DNA from: Clostridia bacterium
GTDB taxonomy: Bacteria > Bacillota > Clostridia > UBA1212 > UBA1255
Length of the DNA: 64,000 bases
Direction: 5' to 3'
Assembly: GCA_017517275.1 (NCBI GenBank)
Contig: JAFWZX010000020.1
Location: forward strand, 6,289-70,288
Under the pieces are notes generated by a model. The model had not been told where the DNA came from. It ran no database searches and saw only the letters and a list, made by a program, of their open reading frames with translations. The position numbers were made by a program, and so were the translations under genes. Numbering within the stretch: the stretch's first letter is position 1; each line of letters starts with the position of its first letter. This document shows positions 26,239-36,183 of this stretch, piece after piece.

Positions 26239-27519
26239 ATGCATATAAATACAAAATGTGTACAAGCAGGATATCAGCCTGAGAACGGACAGCCTCGCGT
26301 AGTTCCGATTGTTCAAAGCACTACTTTTAAATATGAGACAGCAGGGGCTATGGGCGCATTATTTGACCTTGAAGCTTCAGGTTTTTTCTATACAAGACTG
26401 GCAAATCCTACTGTAGATGCAGTAGAACAGAAGCTTGCTGCTTTAGAAGGCGGTGTTGCAGCCGTTTTAACAGCTTCCGGCCAATCGGCTACAATGTTCT
26501 CTGTGCTGAATATATGTAAAGCGGGAGACCACGTTATCTCTTCCAGTGCGATTTACGGCGGATCTTTTAATCTTTTTAATAAGACGATAAGAGCTCTGGG
26601 TATTGACTTTACGTTTGTAGCACCTGACGTAACGGAAGAAGAGCTTGCGGCTTGTTTTAAAGAAAATACAAAATGCGTATTTGCAGAGACTGTATCAAAC
26701 CCGTCTCTTGACGTTGTTGATATAGAGTTGTTTGCAAAAGTTGCCCACGCTCACGGTGTTCCGCTGATTATTGATAATACTTTCGCAACACCTATTAATT
26801 GCAGACCGTTTGAATTTGGCGCTGATATAGTTGTTCATTCTACATCAAAATATCTTGACGGTCACGCTTGTGCTCTTGGCGGAGTTGTTATTGACAGCGG
26901 TAATTTTGATTGGAATAACGGTAAATTCGATATGCTCACCACACCTGACGAGACGTATCACGGAGTTGTATATACTGAGAGATTCGGCAAAGCTGCTTAT
27001 ATAACCAAGGTGCGTACTCACCTTATGAGAGATATGGGCTGCATGATGTCTCCGCAGAATGCCTTCTACCTCAACCTTGGTCTTGAGACGTTGTTTCTCC
27101 GGGTTGAGCGACACGTAGAGAATGCGACTAAGGTTGCAGAATATCTTGAAAGTCAGATTAAAACTGGCAAGATTACTTGGGTAAAGTTCCCGGGACTTCA
27201 GTCATATTCCAGATATGATCTTGTAAAGAAATATATGCCCAACGGAAGTTGCGGTGTGGTATCATTCGGAGTAAAAGGCGGAAGAGATGGCGCCGTGAGA
27301 TTTATGGAAGGTCTTAAAATTGCTGCTATTGTAACTCACGTAGCAGATGCCAGAACGTGTGTTCTTCACCCTGCAAGCACTACGCACAGACAGCTAAGTG
27401 ACAGCGAGCTTGCGGCTTGCGGAGTATCTCCCGACCTTATCAGATTTTCTGTCGGTATTGAACACGTAGACGATATCATTGAAGATATCAAACAAGCACT
27501 TGATAAAATAGAAGGCTGA
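26239..27519 (+). CDS. metY: O-acetylhomoserine/O-acetylserine sulfhydrylase (PLP-dependent, Cys/Met metabolism family)
   Basis: 426 aa. Y-T-R-L-A-N-P-T, SGQSA and the PLP-lysine segment VVHSTSKYLDGH are typical of OAH sulfhydrylases. Confidence 0.88.
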   Translation: MHINTKCVQAGYQPENGQPRVVPIVQSTTFKYETAGAMGALFDLEASGFFYTRLANPTVDAVEQKLAALEGGVAAVLTASGQSATMFSVLNICKAGDHVISSSAIYGGSFNLFNKTIRALGIDFTFVAPDVTEEELAACFKENTKCVFAETVSNPSLDVVDIELFAKVAHAHGVPLIIDNTFATPINCRPFEFGADIVVHSTSKYLDGHACALGGVVIDSGNFDWNNGKFDMLTTPDETYHGVVYTERFGKAAYITKVRTHLMRDMGCMMSPQNAFYLNLGLETLFLRVERHVENATKVAEYLESQIKTGKITWVKFPGLQSYSRYDLVKKYMPNGSCGVVSFGVKGGRDGAVRFMEGLKIAAIVTHVADARTCVLHPASTTHRQLSDSELAACGVSPDLIRFSVGIEHVDDIIEDIKQALDKIEG

Positions 27520-27523
27520 TCAT

Positions 27524-27835
27524 ATGACGGATTTTTTAAAGGAAATTGAAAAGGCTGAGACAAGGGCGAATGATATTGTAAGACAGGCAAAAGCTGATGC
27601 TGATCTGATTGTGAAGCAGGCAGAAGCAGATGCGGCAAATATCATTGATGATACGTGCGCTAAAGCAAACGTCAACAAAAAGGCTATGATTAAAAATGCC
27701 GAGACAGACGCCAATTCAAAATGTAAGAACCGGGAGATTGATCTTGACCGGGAGATTGAGATGATGCGCAAATCGGCAAAAAACAACATGGACCGCGCAG
27801 TCCACGTTATACTTGAGAAGGTAGGTAGTATCTGA
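27524..27835 (+). CDS. ntpF: V-type ATPase peripheral-stalk subunit G/H-like (NtpF position)
   Basis: 103-aa Ala/Lys/Glu-rich coiled coil (EKAETRANDIVRQAKADADLIVKQAEADAANII). It is the first gene of the operon, in the position of E. hirae ntpF. Confidence 0.55.
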   Translation: MTDFLKEIEKAETRANDIVRQAKADADLIVKQAEADAANIIDDTCAKANVNKKAMIKNAETDANSKCKNREIDLDREIEMMRKSAKNNMDRAVHVILEKVGSI

Positions 27836-29847
27836 TGGCTGTTGTGCCCATGAGAAAAGTTTCATTTGTCGGATTAAAAAAAGATGAGCGTGATATTATA
27901 GACACGCTTATTAAATTTGGTGCGATTGAAATAAACGATATGAAAAGTGAAACTGATTATCAAGACACAACGGAGAATAATGTAATAGAGTCTAAAACGG
28001 TTTCACCGGAGATTGTCAATATGCGGCAAGAGCAGAGTCGGATTAAGGCGGCTATGACGTTGCTGGAGGGATATGACACAAGGAAGAAGCCGCTTTTCCA
28101 CGTTCTTCGTGACGTTGACAGACGCGAATATAATGCGATTATAGAACGGAAAACAGAATATCTGGACAAAATTGCACAAATCGATACAATTCTTGCTGAT
28201 ATTTCTTCCCTCAAGGCTTTAAATGCCGGTATTCGTGCGTCTGTTTCATCTTTGATTGTATGGAAGGACTATACAGGAAATCTTTCTGATACTGCCACAC
28301 AGACCACTAAGACAGTCTTTTGCAGTCATTTATCGGCAGAAGTATATGACAACATATTAAATTATATTACCGGAGAGAATTTGCCGGTATATTTGAACAT
28401 GGAAAACAACACGAAGTCGGGTGTTTTCTTTACAATTACGTATCACGTAAGTTGCGAAGCAAAGGTTGACAGTTTGATTTCCGAATATGAATGTACAAGG
28501 CATGAATTCGAAGTGAAGAACACGCCTTGTGAGAGTATAGAGATGTTGCAAAAGCAGCATCAAGACAACGAGATGAAAATATCTGAGTTGGAGGCCGGCT
28601 TTGCTGACTATGGTAATATTCTTCCGGAGCTTGAAGTGTTGTATGATTCACTGACGATTGAGATGGCAAAGCACGCAGCTCATGAGAAAATGCACACAAC
28701 TCGTTGTACTTTTACATTTGAAGGATGGATTCCGGCAAAGTGCGAGGCTCGTGCCGCCTCTTTGCTGTCGCAGGATTACATATGTCACATAGAATTCAGC
28801 GATCCGTCAGAAGACGACGTTGTTCCCACGTTACAAGAGAATAACGTGTTAGGTTCTACCGTACAAGACATGGGAAATATGTACAGCGTTTTATCGTATA
28901 AGTCACTTGATCCAAGCACTATAGGGGGATTTTTCTTCGTGTTTTTCTTTGGATTGATGCTTTCTGACGCAGGCTACGGTGTACTTGTTACTTTAGTGTG
29001 TGCAATTTTGCTTAAATTTGTGAAAATGCAGGATAGCATGAGGAAGTTTATCCGCTTATTCCTTTTTTCAGGCATTGCAACTATTTTTTGGGGTGCATTG
29101 TTTGGAAGTTGGTTTGGCAATCTTGCATATACACTTTCTTTAGGAAAGTTTACAATTAAGCCTCTGTGGTTTGATCCCATTGCAAACACAGATCATTTTA
29201 TGGCATTTTCTATGCTGCTGGGCGTTTTACATATGTACGTTGCTTTAGGACTTAATGCGGCAAATATGATTAGACGGGGCAAATGGATTGATGCATTATG
29301 TGACGTAGGATTCTGGTATATTTTCTATACAGGAGAGATTTTCTTTCTTATACCGTATATTCCGTATTACTGTGATTTGCCTATTGCAGATGTTCTTCCC
29401 AAAATCGGAATGCCGATGCTGATCGTAGGCTTTTTACTTATTTTATTTACAAAAGGACGTAAGTCGAAAAATATTTTCGTAAGACTCTTTGGCGGAGTTA
29501 CTTGTGTATATTCGTTAGTCAGTATGCTAAGTGATATTCTTTCTTACACAAGACTTATGGCAATGGGACTTGCAACAGGCGTTATTATCAACGTTTTTAA
29601 CGAGATTGCGGCGATGGCAGGAGGTCTTGCAGGTGGGATTTCATGGAGAATTATTATATTTATTATAGTTTTCGTTATTGCCAATATTTTCAACCTGCTT
29701 ATTAATATGCTTGGCTCGTACGTTAACTCATGCAGACTTATGTATATTGAATTTTTCGGAAAATTCTATGAAGGAGACGGAAAAGAGTTTGACCCATTGA
29801 TTCAAGATACAGAGTATATAAACATTGTACAAGAAACAAATACTTGA
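27835..29847 (+). CDS. ntpI: V-type ATPase subunit I (a-subunit, stator/ion channel)
   Basis: 670 aa with a cytoplasmic N-terminal half and a multi-TM C-terminal half. The latter contains ILSYTRLMAMGLATG, which carries the essential stator Arg. Confidence 0.85.
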   Translation: MAVVPMRKVSFVGLKKDERDIIDTLIKFGAIEINDMKSETDYQDTTENNVIESKTVSPEIVNMRQEQSRIKAAMTLLEGYDTRKKPLFHVLRDVDRREYNAIIERKTEYLDKIAQIDTILADISSLKALNAGIRASVSSLIVWKDYTGNLSDTATQTTKTVFCSHLSAEVYDNILNYITGENLPVYLNMENNTKSGVFFTITYHVSCEAKVDSLISEYECTRHEFEVKNTPCESIEMLQKQHQDNEMKISELEAGFADYGNILPELEVLYDSLTIEMAKHAAHEKMHTTRCTFTFEGWIPAKCEARAASLLSQDYICHIEFSDPSEDDVVPTLQENNVLGSTVQDMGNMYSVLSYKSLDPSTIGGFFFVFFFGLMLSDAGYGVLVTLVCAILLKFVKMQDSMRKFIRLFLFSGIATIFWGALFGSWFGNLAYTLSLGKFTIKPLWFDPIANTDHFMAFSMLLGVLHMYVALGLNAANMIRRGKWIDALCDVGFWYIFYTGEIFFLIPYIPYYCDLPIADVLPKIGMPMLIVGFLLILFTKGRKSKNIFVRLFGGVTCVYSLVSMLSDILSYTRLMAMGLATGVIINVFNEIAAMAGGLAGGISWRIIIFIIVFVIANIFNLLINMLGSYVNSCRLMYIEFFGKFYEGDGKEFDPLIQDTEYINIVQETNT

Positions 29848-29864
29848 TTACAGGAGGTATTTTT

Positions 29865-30389
29865 ATGGATTACAGATTACTCAGTAGTATGATTGCAACA
29901 GGTGAGGCAGCTGTAGAAGAAGTCCCGGGTTTCTTTGAAAACGGCTTCTTTTGGGCTATCTTAGGAATGGTATTTGCAATTATGCTGGCAGGTATAGGTT
30001 CGGCGAAGGGTGTTATGACTGTTGGTTCTTCAGGACTCGGCTTATTGTCGGAAGATCCAAAGCAGTTTACGGCATGCTTGCTTCTTACGTTGCTTCCGAG
30101 TACACAGGGCATCTACGGATTTGTTATTGCTTTTATGCTTCTTAATAAGGCAAACGAGATTGGAATTGATGCTTTGACTTTATCGCAGGGACTTCAGCTC
30201 TTTGGTGCTGCGCTTCCTGTAGGTATTGTAGGTTGCATTTCAGGTATGTTCCAGGGTAAGGTTGCGGCTGCAAGTATAGCTCTTGCTGCAAAACAGCCGA
30301 AACATTGGTCGAAGGGTATGATCATTACTCTTACTGTTGAAATGTTCGCCTTGTTCGGATTCTTGATTTCTATTTTCATGATTGGATGA
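29865..30389 (+). CDS. ntpK: V-type ATPase proteolipid subunit K (duplicated 4-TM c subunit)
   Basis: It aligns along its length with my recollection of E. hirae NtpK. GIGSAKGV, LLPSTQGIYGFVIAF, SGMFQGKVAAASIALAAKQP and TVEMFALFGFLISIF all have counterparts. ATG 29865 lies after GGAGG. Confidence 0.9.
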   Translation: MDYRLLSSMIATGEAAVEEVPGFFENGFFWAILGMVFAIMLAGIGSAKGVMTVGSSGLGLLSEDPKQFTACLLLTLLPSTQGIYGFVIAFMLLNKANEIGIDALTLSQGLQLFGAALPVGIVGCISGMFQGKVAAASIALAAKQPKHWSKGMIITLTVEMFALFGFLISIFMIG

Positions 30390-30393
30390 TAAA

Positions 30394-31002
30394 ATGACTG
30401 ATAATATATCCAGAATAACAGATAAGATTATATCTGATGCAAACGATAAGGCTGCGGAAATAATTTCTGAAGCTCATTTGCAGGCAAACGAGATATTAAA
30501 TAAAGCTAAGGCTGATGCACAAGAGCGCAATGAAGAGATTAATTGTCAGGCACAGGCTGACTCTCAATCACTGCGCACGCGCATTGAGTCTGACTTTAAT
30601 ATGAAAAAAAGGAGTCGCGTTTTATTGGCAAAGCAGGAGCTTATATGCGAGGCGTATGATAAGGCAATGGATTATTTGCTGAATATAAACGATACTGCAT
30701 ATTTGCGAATGATGTCAGATTTTGTCATTAAGAACGTTTCTTTAATGAGTAAAGGCGATCTTATCGAACTCATTCTTTGCAGCAAAGATTCAGATAAAGG
30801 AGATAAACTTCTTTCTGTTTGTAAAAAAGCTTTGCCGGAGCATAACGTTGTTATTTCTCCGGATACAGTCAATAAAAAAGGTGGTCTTATCATAAGAAGT
30901 AAGGCTGTAACGTTGAATTATACTTTTGAAGCCATTATAGAGATTGCAAAAAGCAACTGCGATATTGAGGTTTCAAAGATTTTGTTTTCAGGTGAGGTTT
31001 GA
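30394..31002 (+). CDS. ntpE: V-type ATPase subunit E
   Basis: N-terminal coiled coil (ITDKIISDANDKAAEIISEAHLQANEILNKAKADA) followed by a globular C-terminal domain (GGLIIRSK). Operon position matches. The start is 30394 or 30382. Confidence 0.75.
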   Translation: MTDNISRITDKIISDANDKAAEIISEAHLQANEILNKAKADAQERNEEINCQAQADSQSLRTRIESDFNMKKRSRVLLAKQELICEAYDKAMDYLLNINDTAYLRMMSDFVIKNVSLMSKGDLIELILCSKDSDKGDKLLSVCKKALPEHNVVISPDTVNKKGGLIIRSKAVTLNYTFEAIIEIAKSNCDIEVSKILFSGEV

Positions 31003-31004
31003 TT

Positions 31005-32036
31005 ATGCCCGGAATTGAACAATATGCATATGCTGTGGGACGAATAAGGGCGATGGAGAATAGACTGTTTGGTAAATCTCTTGTTGAGAGATTAATCGAC
31101 GCTTCGACTCCTTCGGCTTGTTTGCCGATCCTTACAGATGCCGGTTATCCGCCTTTTGAAGGAGCGGGTGTGCCGGCTGTTCGTGCATATGTAAATAGAC
31201 TTGAAGAATATGAGGAAAACGTTATTGCAGAACTTAAATCTTTTGCACCGGAACCGGAACTTTTTAATCTCTTTTCACTTAAGACAGATTACTTTAACGC
31301 AAAGCTTATTATTAAGTCTCTCAATAACCATGACAGCACGTTCCGCCTTAGTGAGTACGGCACGATTAGCTCGAAGGAGATTAAAAGGGCTTTCATGGAC
31401 GGTAATTATGACAGTTTGCCGGCCAATATGAAAAAAGCTGCAAAGGAAGCAATAGAACTACTTGCAACAACAAGTAAAGCTCAATTAGCGGAGCTGATTC
31501 TTGATAAAGCGTATTTTGAAGATTGCTATGAACTTTGTAATAAAGCAGGACGTAGAGAAACACGTAAATTCCTTAAGGGCTTTGTTAGGATGCAGGCCGA
31601 TCTTGCGAATATCACAACAATGCTTCGCATCAGACAAAGAGCATTAACAGATAATGCAGACATAAGTATCATGCAAATGGCATACGTAACGGGAGATATT
31701 TCACAGGAAGTTTTTATAAAAGCTCTTCGTGAAGATAATCAAAAGATTGTGACAATCTTTGCAAAGACTCCGTACGGAAGACTTGTATCCGAGGGAACGG
31801 AAAAATGTGACGTAACAGGTAGCTTGTCACATTTTGAAAAATTATGTGATGATTTTATTATGTTATACCTTACGGAGGCAGGTAAAAATCCTTTTGGAAT
31901 AGAAGCTTTATTTGCCTATGCAGTAGGAAGAATGAGAGAAATTGCCAATATAAGACTTGTGCTGATCGGTAAATTAAACAATTTACCGACAGTTGCCATC
32001 CGAGATAGGATAAGAGAATTGCGTGTAAAAAAATAG
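31005..32036 (+). CDS. ntpC: V-type ATPase subunit C (eukaryotic d homologue)
   Basis: About 343 aa, N-terminus YAYAVGRIRAMENRL. Operon position matches. ATG 31005 lies 8 nt after GGTGAGG. Confidence 0.8.
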   Translation: MPGIEQYAYAVGRIRAMENRLFGKSLVERLIDASTPSACLPILTDAGYPPFEGAGVPAVRAYVNRLEEYEENVIAELKSFAPEPELFNLFSLKTDYFNAKLIIKSLNNHDSTFRLSEYGTISSKEIKRAFMDGNYDSLPANMKKAAKEAIELLATTSKAQLAELILDKAYFEDCYELCNKAGRRETRKFLKGFVRMQADLANITTMLRIRQRALTDNADISIMQMAYVTGDISQEVFIKALREDNQKIVTIFAKTPYGRLVSEGTEKCDVTGSLSHFEKLCDDFIMLYLTEAGKNPFGIEALFAYAVGRMREIANIRLVLIGKLNNLPTVAIRDRIRELRVKK

Positions 32037-32057
32037 ATTAAAGATGAGTGATTTAAT

Positions 32058-32378
32058 ATGAAAATCGGTGTTCTTGGTGATAACGAAAACGTAATGGGAT
32101 ATAAAACTCTGGGCTTTGAAGTTGCATGCTGTGATACTAAGGAAGCGGCTGTATGCGGGCTTAGAAAACTTGCCCGGGAATGTGCCGTTATATTTGTAAT
32201 TGAAGATACAGCTAAGGATATTCAAGAGGAGATTTATGAATATCAGGAAGAGAAGACGCCCGCGATCATATTGATTCCGGGAAGCGGAGGTTCGCTTGGA
32301 ATCGGAATGAATGCTTTGAATCTTCAGGTTGAAAAGGCTGTTGGAAGTAATATTTTGGAGGGTAAGGACAATGGTTGA
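32058..32378 (+). CDS. ntpG: V-type ATPase subunit F
   Basis: 106 aa, [22 protein letters not shown], with the typical small alpha/beta F subunit pattern. Operon position matches. Confidence 0.85.
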   Translation: MKIGVLGDNENVMGYKTLGFEVACCDTKEAAVCGLRKLARECAVIFVIEDTAKDIQEEIYEYQEEKTPAIILIPGSGGSLGIGMNALNLQVEKAVGSNILEGKDNG

Positions 32379-34140
32379 AGGAACAGTTGTTAAAATATCA
32401 GGTCCGCTGGTTGTAGCCAGCGGTATGTCAAGTGCAAATATGTATGACATGGTAAAGATCGGCGATATGGGTCTTACCGGAGAAATACTTGAGATTCACG
32501 GCGATCGGGCTTCAATTCAAGTTTATGAAGAGACGGCCGGATTGTCTTTGGGACAAAAGGTTGTTTCAATGGGGATTCCCCTTAGCGTTGAATTGGCACC
32601 GGGGCTTATTAAGAGTATTTTCGACGGTATTCAAAGACCTTTGGAGAAGATGTACGCGATGCAAGGGCACAATATTGCACGAGGCATTTCTATTCCTTCC
32701 ATTGACAGACAAGCTAAATGGTTATTTAAGCCTACTGTACAAGTCGGAGATAAAGTGGTTCCCGGAGACATAATCGGTACCTGTGATGAGACGGAGATCG
32801 TAGAACATAAAATAATGGTACCAAAAGGTGTGTCCGGTACAATTCAAGAAATATACGAAGGTTCATATACAGTTGTTGATAAAATCGGTTCTGTCCTTAC
32901 AGAAGACGGCACCGTTATAGATTTGAAAATGCTACAGACGTGGCCTGTTCGCGTGGGCAGACCATATGCTAAGAAATTATCTCCTGATATGCCGCTGGCA
33001 ACCGGTCAGAGAGTTATTGATACGTTGTTTCCCGTTGCAAAAGGCGGTGTAGCGGCAGTACCGGGTCCCTTCGGAAGCGGCAAGACCGTAGTACAGCACC
33101 AGCTTGCCAAGTGGGCCGATGCACAGATTGTTGTATATATAGGTTGCGGAGAGCGCGGAAATGAAATGACAGACGTTCTTAACGAGTTTCCTGAATTAAA
33201 AGATCCGAAAACCGGAAAATCTCTTATGGAAAGAACGGTTTTGATAGCAAATACGTCAGATATGCCGGTGGCCGCCAGAGAGGCATCAATTTATACGGGC
33301 ATCACTATTGCAGAGTATTACAGAGATATGGGGTACGACGTTGCTATCATGGCAGATTCTACGTCAAGATGGGCAGAAGCTCTTCGTGAGCTGTCTGGAC
33401 GTCTTGAAGAAATGCCCGGTGAAGAGGGATACCCTGCATATTTAGGCTCGCGCCTGGCTCAATTCTATGAAAGAGCCGGCCGTGTAATCAGCCTTGGCGC
33501 AAAAGGCAGAGAAGGAACGCTTACTGCAATAGGCGCCGTATCACCACCAGGAGGAGATATTTCAGAGCCTGTTTCACAAGCAACACTGCGTATCGTAAAA
33601 GTGTTTTGGGGACTTGATTCATCATTGGCATATGCAAGACATTTCCCTGCAATAAATTGGCTTAACAGTTACTCTCTGTATACTGATAACCTGTCAGCCT
33701 GGTATGAAGAGAACGTTTCAGATAAATGGAATTCAAAACGTATTCTTTTTATGCAGATTCTTCAAAAAGAAGCAGAACTTCAAGAGATTGTAAAGCTGGT
33801 CGGAGTTGATTCATTATCCTCCGCAGACAGACTTATTCTTGAAGTTGCAAGGACCATCAGAGAAGATTATCTGCATCAGAATGCTTTTCACGAAGTGGAT
33901 ACGTATACAACGTTTAAGAAACAAAATTCTATGATTGATTTGATTATTTCATACTATACGCTGGGAAAAGACGCGATTGAACGTGGAGTAAGCTTCGGTA
34001 AAATCGATAAGCTGGCTGCTCGCGAGAGAATCGGACGTATAAAATACGTTCAGGAGAAAGATATCCAACAAGAGGCAAAGGATATCTTGGAAATGATGAA
34101 TAAAGAAATAGCAGAGATTATTTCACAAATAGGAGGGTAA
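32371..34140 (+). CDS. ntpA: V-type ATPase catalytic subunit A
   Basis: [19 protein letters not shown], Walker [10 protein letters not shown], and the non-homologous insert region typical of A subunits. ATG 32371 overlaps the stop codon of the F subunit gene. Confidence 0.95.
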   Translation: MVEGTVVKISGPLVVASGMSSANMYDMVKIGDMGLTGEILEIHGDRASIQVYEETAGLSLGQKVVSMGIPLSVELAPGLIKSIFDGIQRPLEKMYAMQGHNIARGISIPSIDRQAKWLFKPTVQVGDKVVPGDIIGTCDETEIVEHKIMVPKGVSGTIQEIYEGSYTVVDKIGSVLTEDGTVIDLKMLQTWPVRVGRPYAKKLSPDMPLATGQRVIDTLFPVAKGGVAAVPGPFGSGKTVVQHQLAKWADAQIVVYIGCGERGNEMTDVLNEFPELKDPKTGKSLMERTVLIANTSDMPVAAREASIYTGITIAEYYRDMGYDVAIMADSTSRWAEALRELSGRLEEMPGEEGYPAYLGSRLAQFYERAGRVISLGAKGREGTLTAIGAVSPPGGDISEPVSQATLRIVKVFWGLDSSLAYARHFPAINWLNSYSLYTDNLSAWYEENVSDKWNSKRILFMQILQKEAELQEIVKLVGVDSLSSADRLILEVARTIREDYLHQNAFHEVDTYTTFKKQNSMIDLIISYYTLGKDAIERGVSFGKIDKLAARERIGRIKYVQEKDIQQEAKDILEMMNKEIAEIISQIGG

Positions 34141-34142
34141 TT

Positions 34143-35522
34143 ATGTTAAAGGAATACAAGACAATATACGAAATTGCAGGACCTCTTATGATGTTAAAAC
34201 AAGTTACCGACGTCAGTCTGGGTGAACTTGGCGAAATTCAGCTTGCAAACGGTGAAAAAAGACTCTGTAAGGTTATGGAAATTGACGGTACAAACTGTAT
34301 CGTTCAGCTTTTCGAAAATTCAGCCGGTATAAATCTTGCTGAGAGCACTGTAAAATTTTTAGGTCATGGAGTTGAACTTGCCGTTTCACCTGATATAATG
34401 GGACGGGTTTTCGATGGAATGGGAAGACCTATAGACGGCGGACCGGATATTATTCCGGATAAGAGACTTGACGTAAACGGCCTGCCGATGAATCCTGCGG
34501 CTCGTGATTATCCTTCAGAGTTCATACAGACCGGTGTCAGTGCAATTGACGGACTTAATACTCTGGTAAGAGGTCAAAAATTACCGATTTTCTCTGCATC
34601 AGGTTTGCCTCATGCAAATCTTGCGGTACAGATTGCCCGACAGGCAAAGGTTTTAAATGCAGACAGCAACTTTGCGGTGGTGTTTGCTGCAATGGGTATT
34701 ACTTTCGAGGAAGCGAATTTCTTTATAGAGGATTTTAACAGGACAGGTGCTATTGAGAGAACGGTTCTTTTTATGAACCTGGCCAACGATCCTGCTGTAG
34801 AGCGTATTTCTACTCCCAAGATGGCGCTTACCGCTGCAGAATATCTTGCCTTTGATCTTAATATGCACGTTCTTGTAATTATGACGGATATAACGTATTA
34901 TGCAGAGGCGCTACGTGAAATATCAGCAGCCCGCAAAGAAGTACCCGGCAGACGCGGATATCCCGGATACCTGTATACAGACCTCGCTACGTTGTATGAA
35001 AGAGCCGGTCGTAAAAAAGGAATCGACGGCAGTATAACGCTGATACCCATTCTTACTATGCCGGAAGATGACAAGACTCATCCTATCCCTGACCTTACGG
35101 GGTACATTACTGAGGGTCAGATTATCTTAAGCAGGGAACTGCATCGCAAGGGTGTTACCCCGCCGATAGACGTACTTCCTTCCTTGTCCCGTCTTAAGGA
35201 CAAAGGAATAGGCAAGGGAAAGACCAGGGAAGATCACGCAGATACGATGAACCAGTTATTTGCAGCCTATTCAAGAGGTAAAGAATGCCGTGAACTTGCT
35301 ACGATATTAGGCGAGTCGGCGCTATCTGAGACTGATAGGTTATACGCGCAATTTTCAGAGAGTTTCGAAAATACGTACGTTTCACAAGGTTTTAAGACTA
35401 ACAGAAGCGTAGAAGAGACTCTTGATATAGGCTGGGAGCTTCTTAAGATACTGCCGAAGTCAGAACTTAAGCGTATCAGAAGCGAATACATTGAAAAGTA
35501 TCTGGAAAAGGATGGTAATTGA
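34143..35522 (+). CDS. ntpB: V-type ATPase subunit B
   Basis: 459 aa. [14 protein letters not shown], and SASGLPH in place of a P-loop, as in non-catalytic B subunits. Confidence 0.95.
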   Translation: MLKEYKTIYEIAGPLMMLKQVTDVSLGELGEIQLANGEKRLCKVMEIDGTNCIVQLFENSAGINLAESTVKFLGHGVELAVSPDIMGRVFDGMGRPIDGGPDIIPDKRLDVNGLPMNPAARDYPSEFIQTGVSAIDGLNTLVRGQKLPIFSASGLPHANLAVQIARQAKVLNADSNFAVVFAAMGITFEEANFFIEDFNRTGAIERTVLFMNLANDPAVERISTPKMALTAAEYLAFDLNMHVLVIMTDITYYAEALREISAARKEVPGRRGYPGYLYTDLATLYERAGRKKGIDGSITLIPILTMPEDDKTHPIPDLTGYITEGQIILSRELHRKGVTPPIDVLPSLSRLKDKGIGKGKTREDHADTMNQLFAAYSRGKECRELATILGESALSETDRLYAQFSESFENTYVSQGFKTNRSVEETLDIGWELLKILPKSELKRIRSEYIEKYLEKDGN

Positions 35523-36157
35523 TGGCTCGCCTTAACGTAAACCCTACGCGTATGGAGCTTACGAAGCTCAAAAAGCGGCTTGCAACAGCGCGCAGAGGTC
35601 ATAAATTACTAAAAGATAAGCGGGATGAACTTATGAAAAGGTTTATTGAGCTGATAAAGCAGAATCAGGAACTGCGGCTTGGAATGGAGCAAAAAGCAGC
35701 AGAATGCTCAAGAGCCTTTGTTATGGCAGGTGCTGTAACGTCACCTGAGGAGCTGTCACAGGCTCTTGCTTATCCGTCCTGCAACGTAGAAGTTCAGGTG
35801 TCAGACAAGAATATTATGGGTGTCACAGTTCCTGAGTTTACGTACAGCGTTAAAGAAGGCAGCAATGACCCGTACTGCTACGGATTTGTAAACACTTGCG
35901 CAGATCTTGACTCTGCTGTGGTGAAAATGAATGAGCTGCTTCCTGTTTTACTTAAACTTGCCGGCACAGAAAAGGCGGCACAACTGCTTGCCTGCGAGAT
36001 TGAACATACAAGACGCAGGGTAAATGCTTTAGAATATATTATGATTCCTCAACTTGAAGAAACAATCAAATATATAACGATGAAAATGGAAGAAAACGAA
36101 AGAGGCAATATCACAAGGCTGATGAAGGTCAAGGATATGGTCCTCGAAAAAAAATAG
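35522..36157 (+). CDS. ntpD: V-type ATPase central-stalk subunit D
   Basis: [37 protein letters not shown] is the canonical D-subunit N-terminus. The ATG overlaps the B subunit stop (TGATG). Confidence 0.9.
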   Translation: MARLNVNPTRMELTKLKKRLATARRGHKLLKDKRDELMKRFIELIKQNQELRLGMEQKAAECSRAFVMAGAVTSPEELSQALAYPSCNVEVQVSDKNIMGVTVPEFTYSVKEGSNDPYCYGFVNTCADLDSAVVKMNELLPVLLKLAGTEKAAQLLACEIEHTRRRVNALEYIMIPQLEETIKYITMKMEENERGNITRLMKVKDMVLEKK

Positions 36158-36183
36158 AAAACACCTTTTGAAAGGAAAACAAA

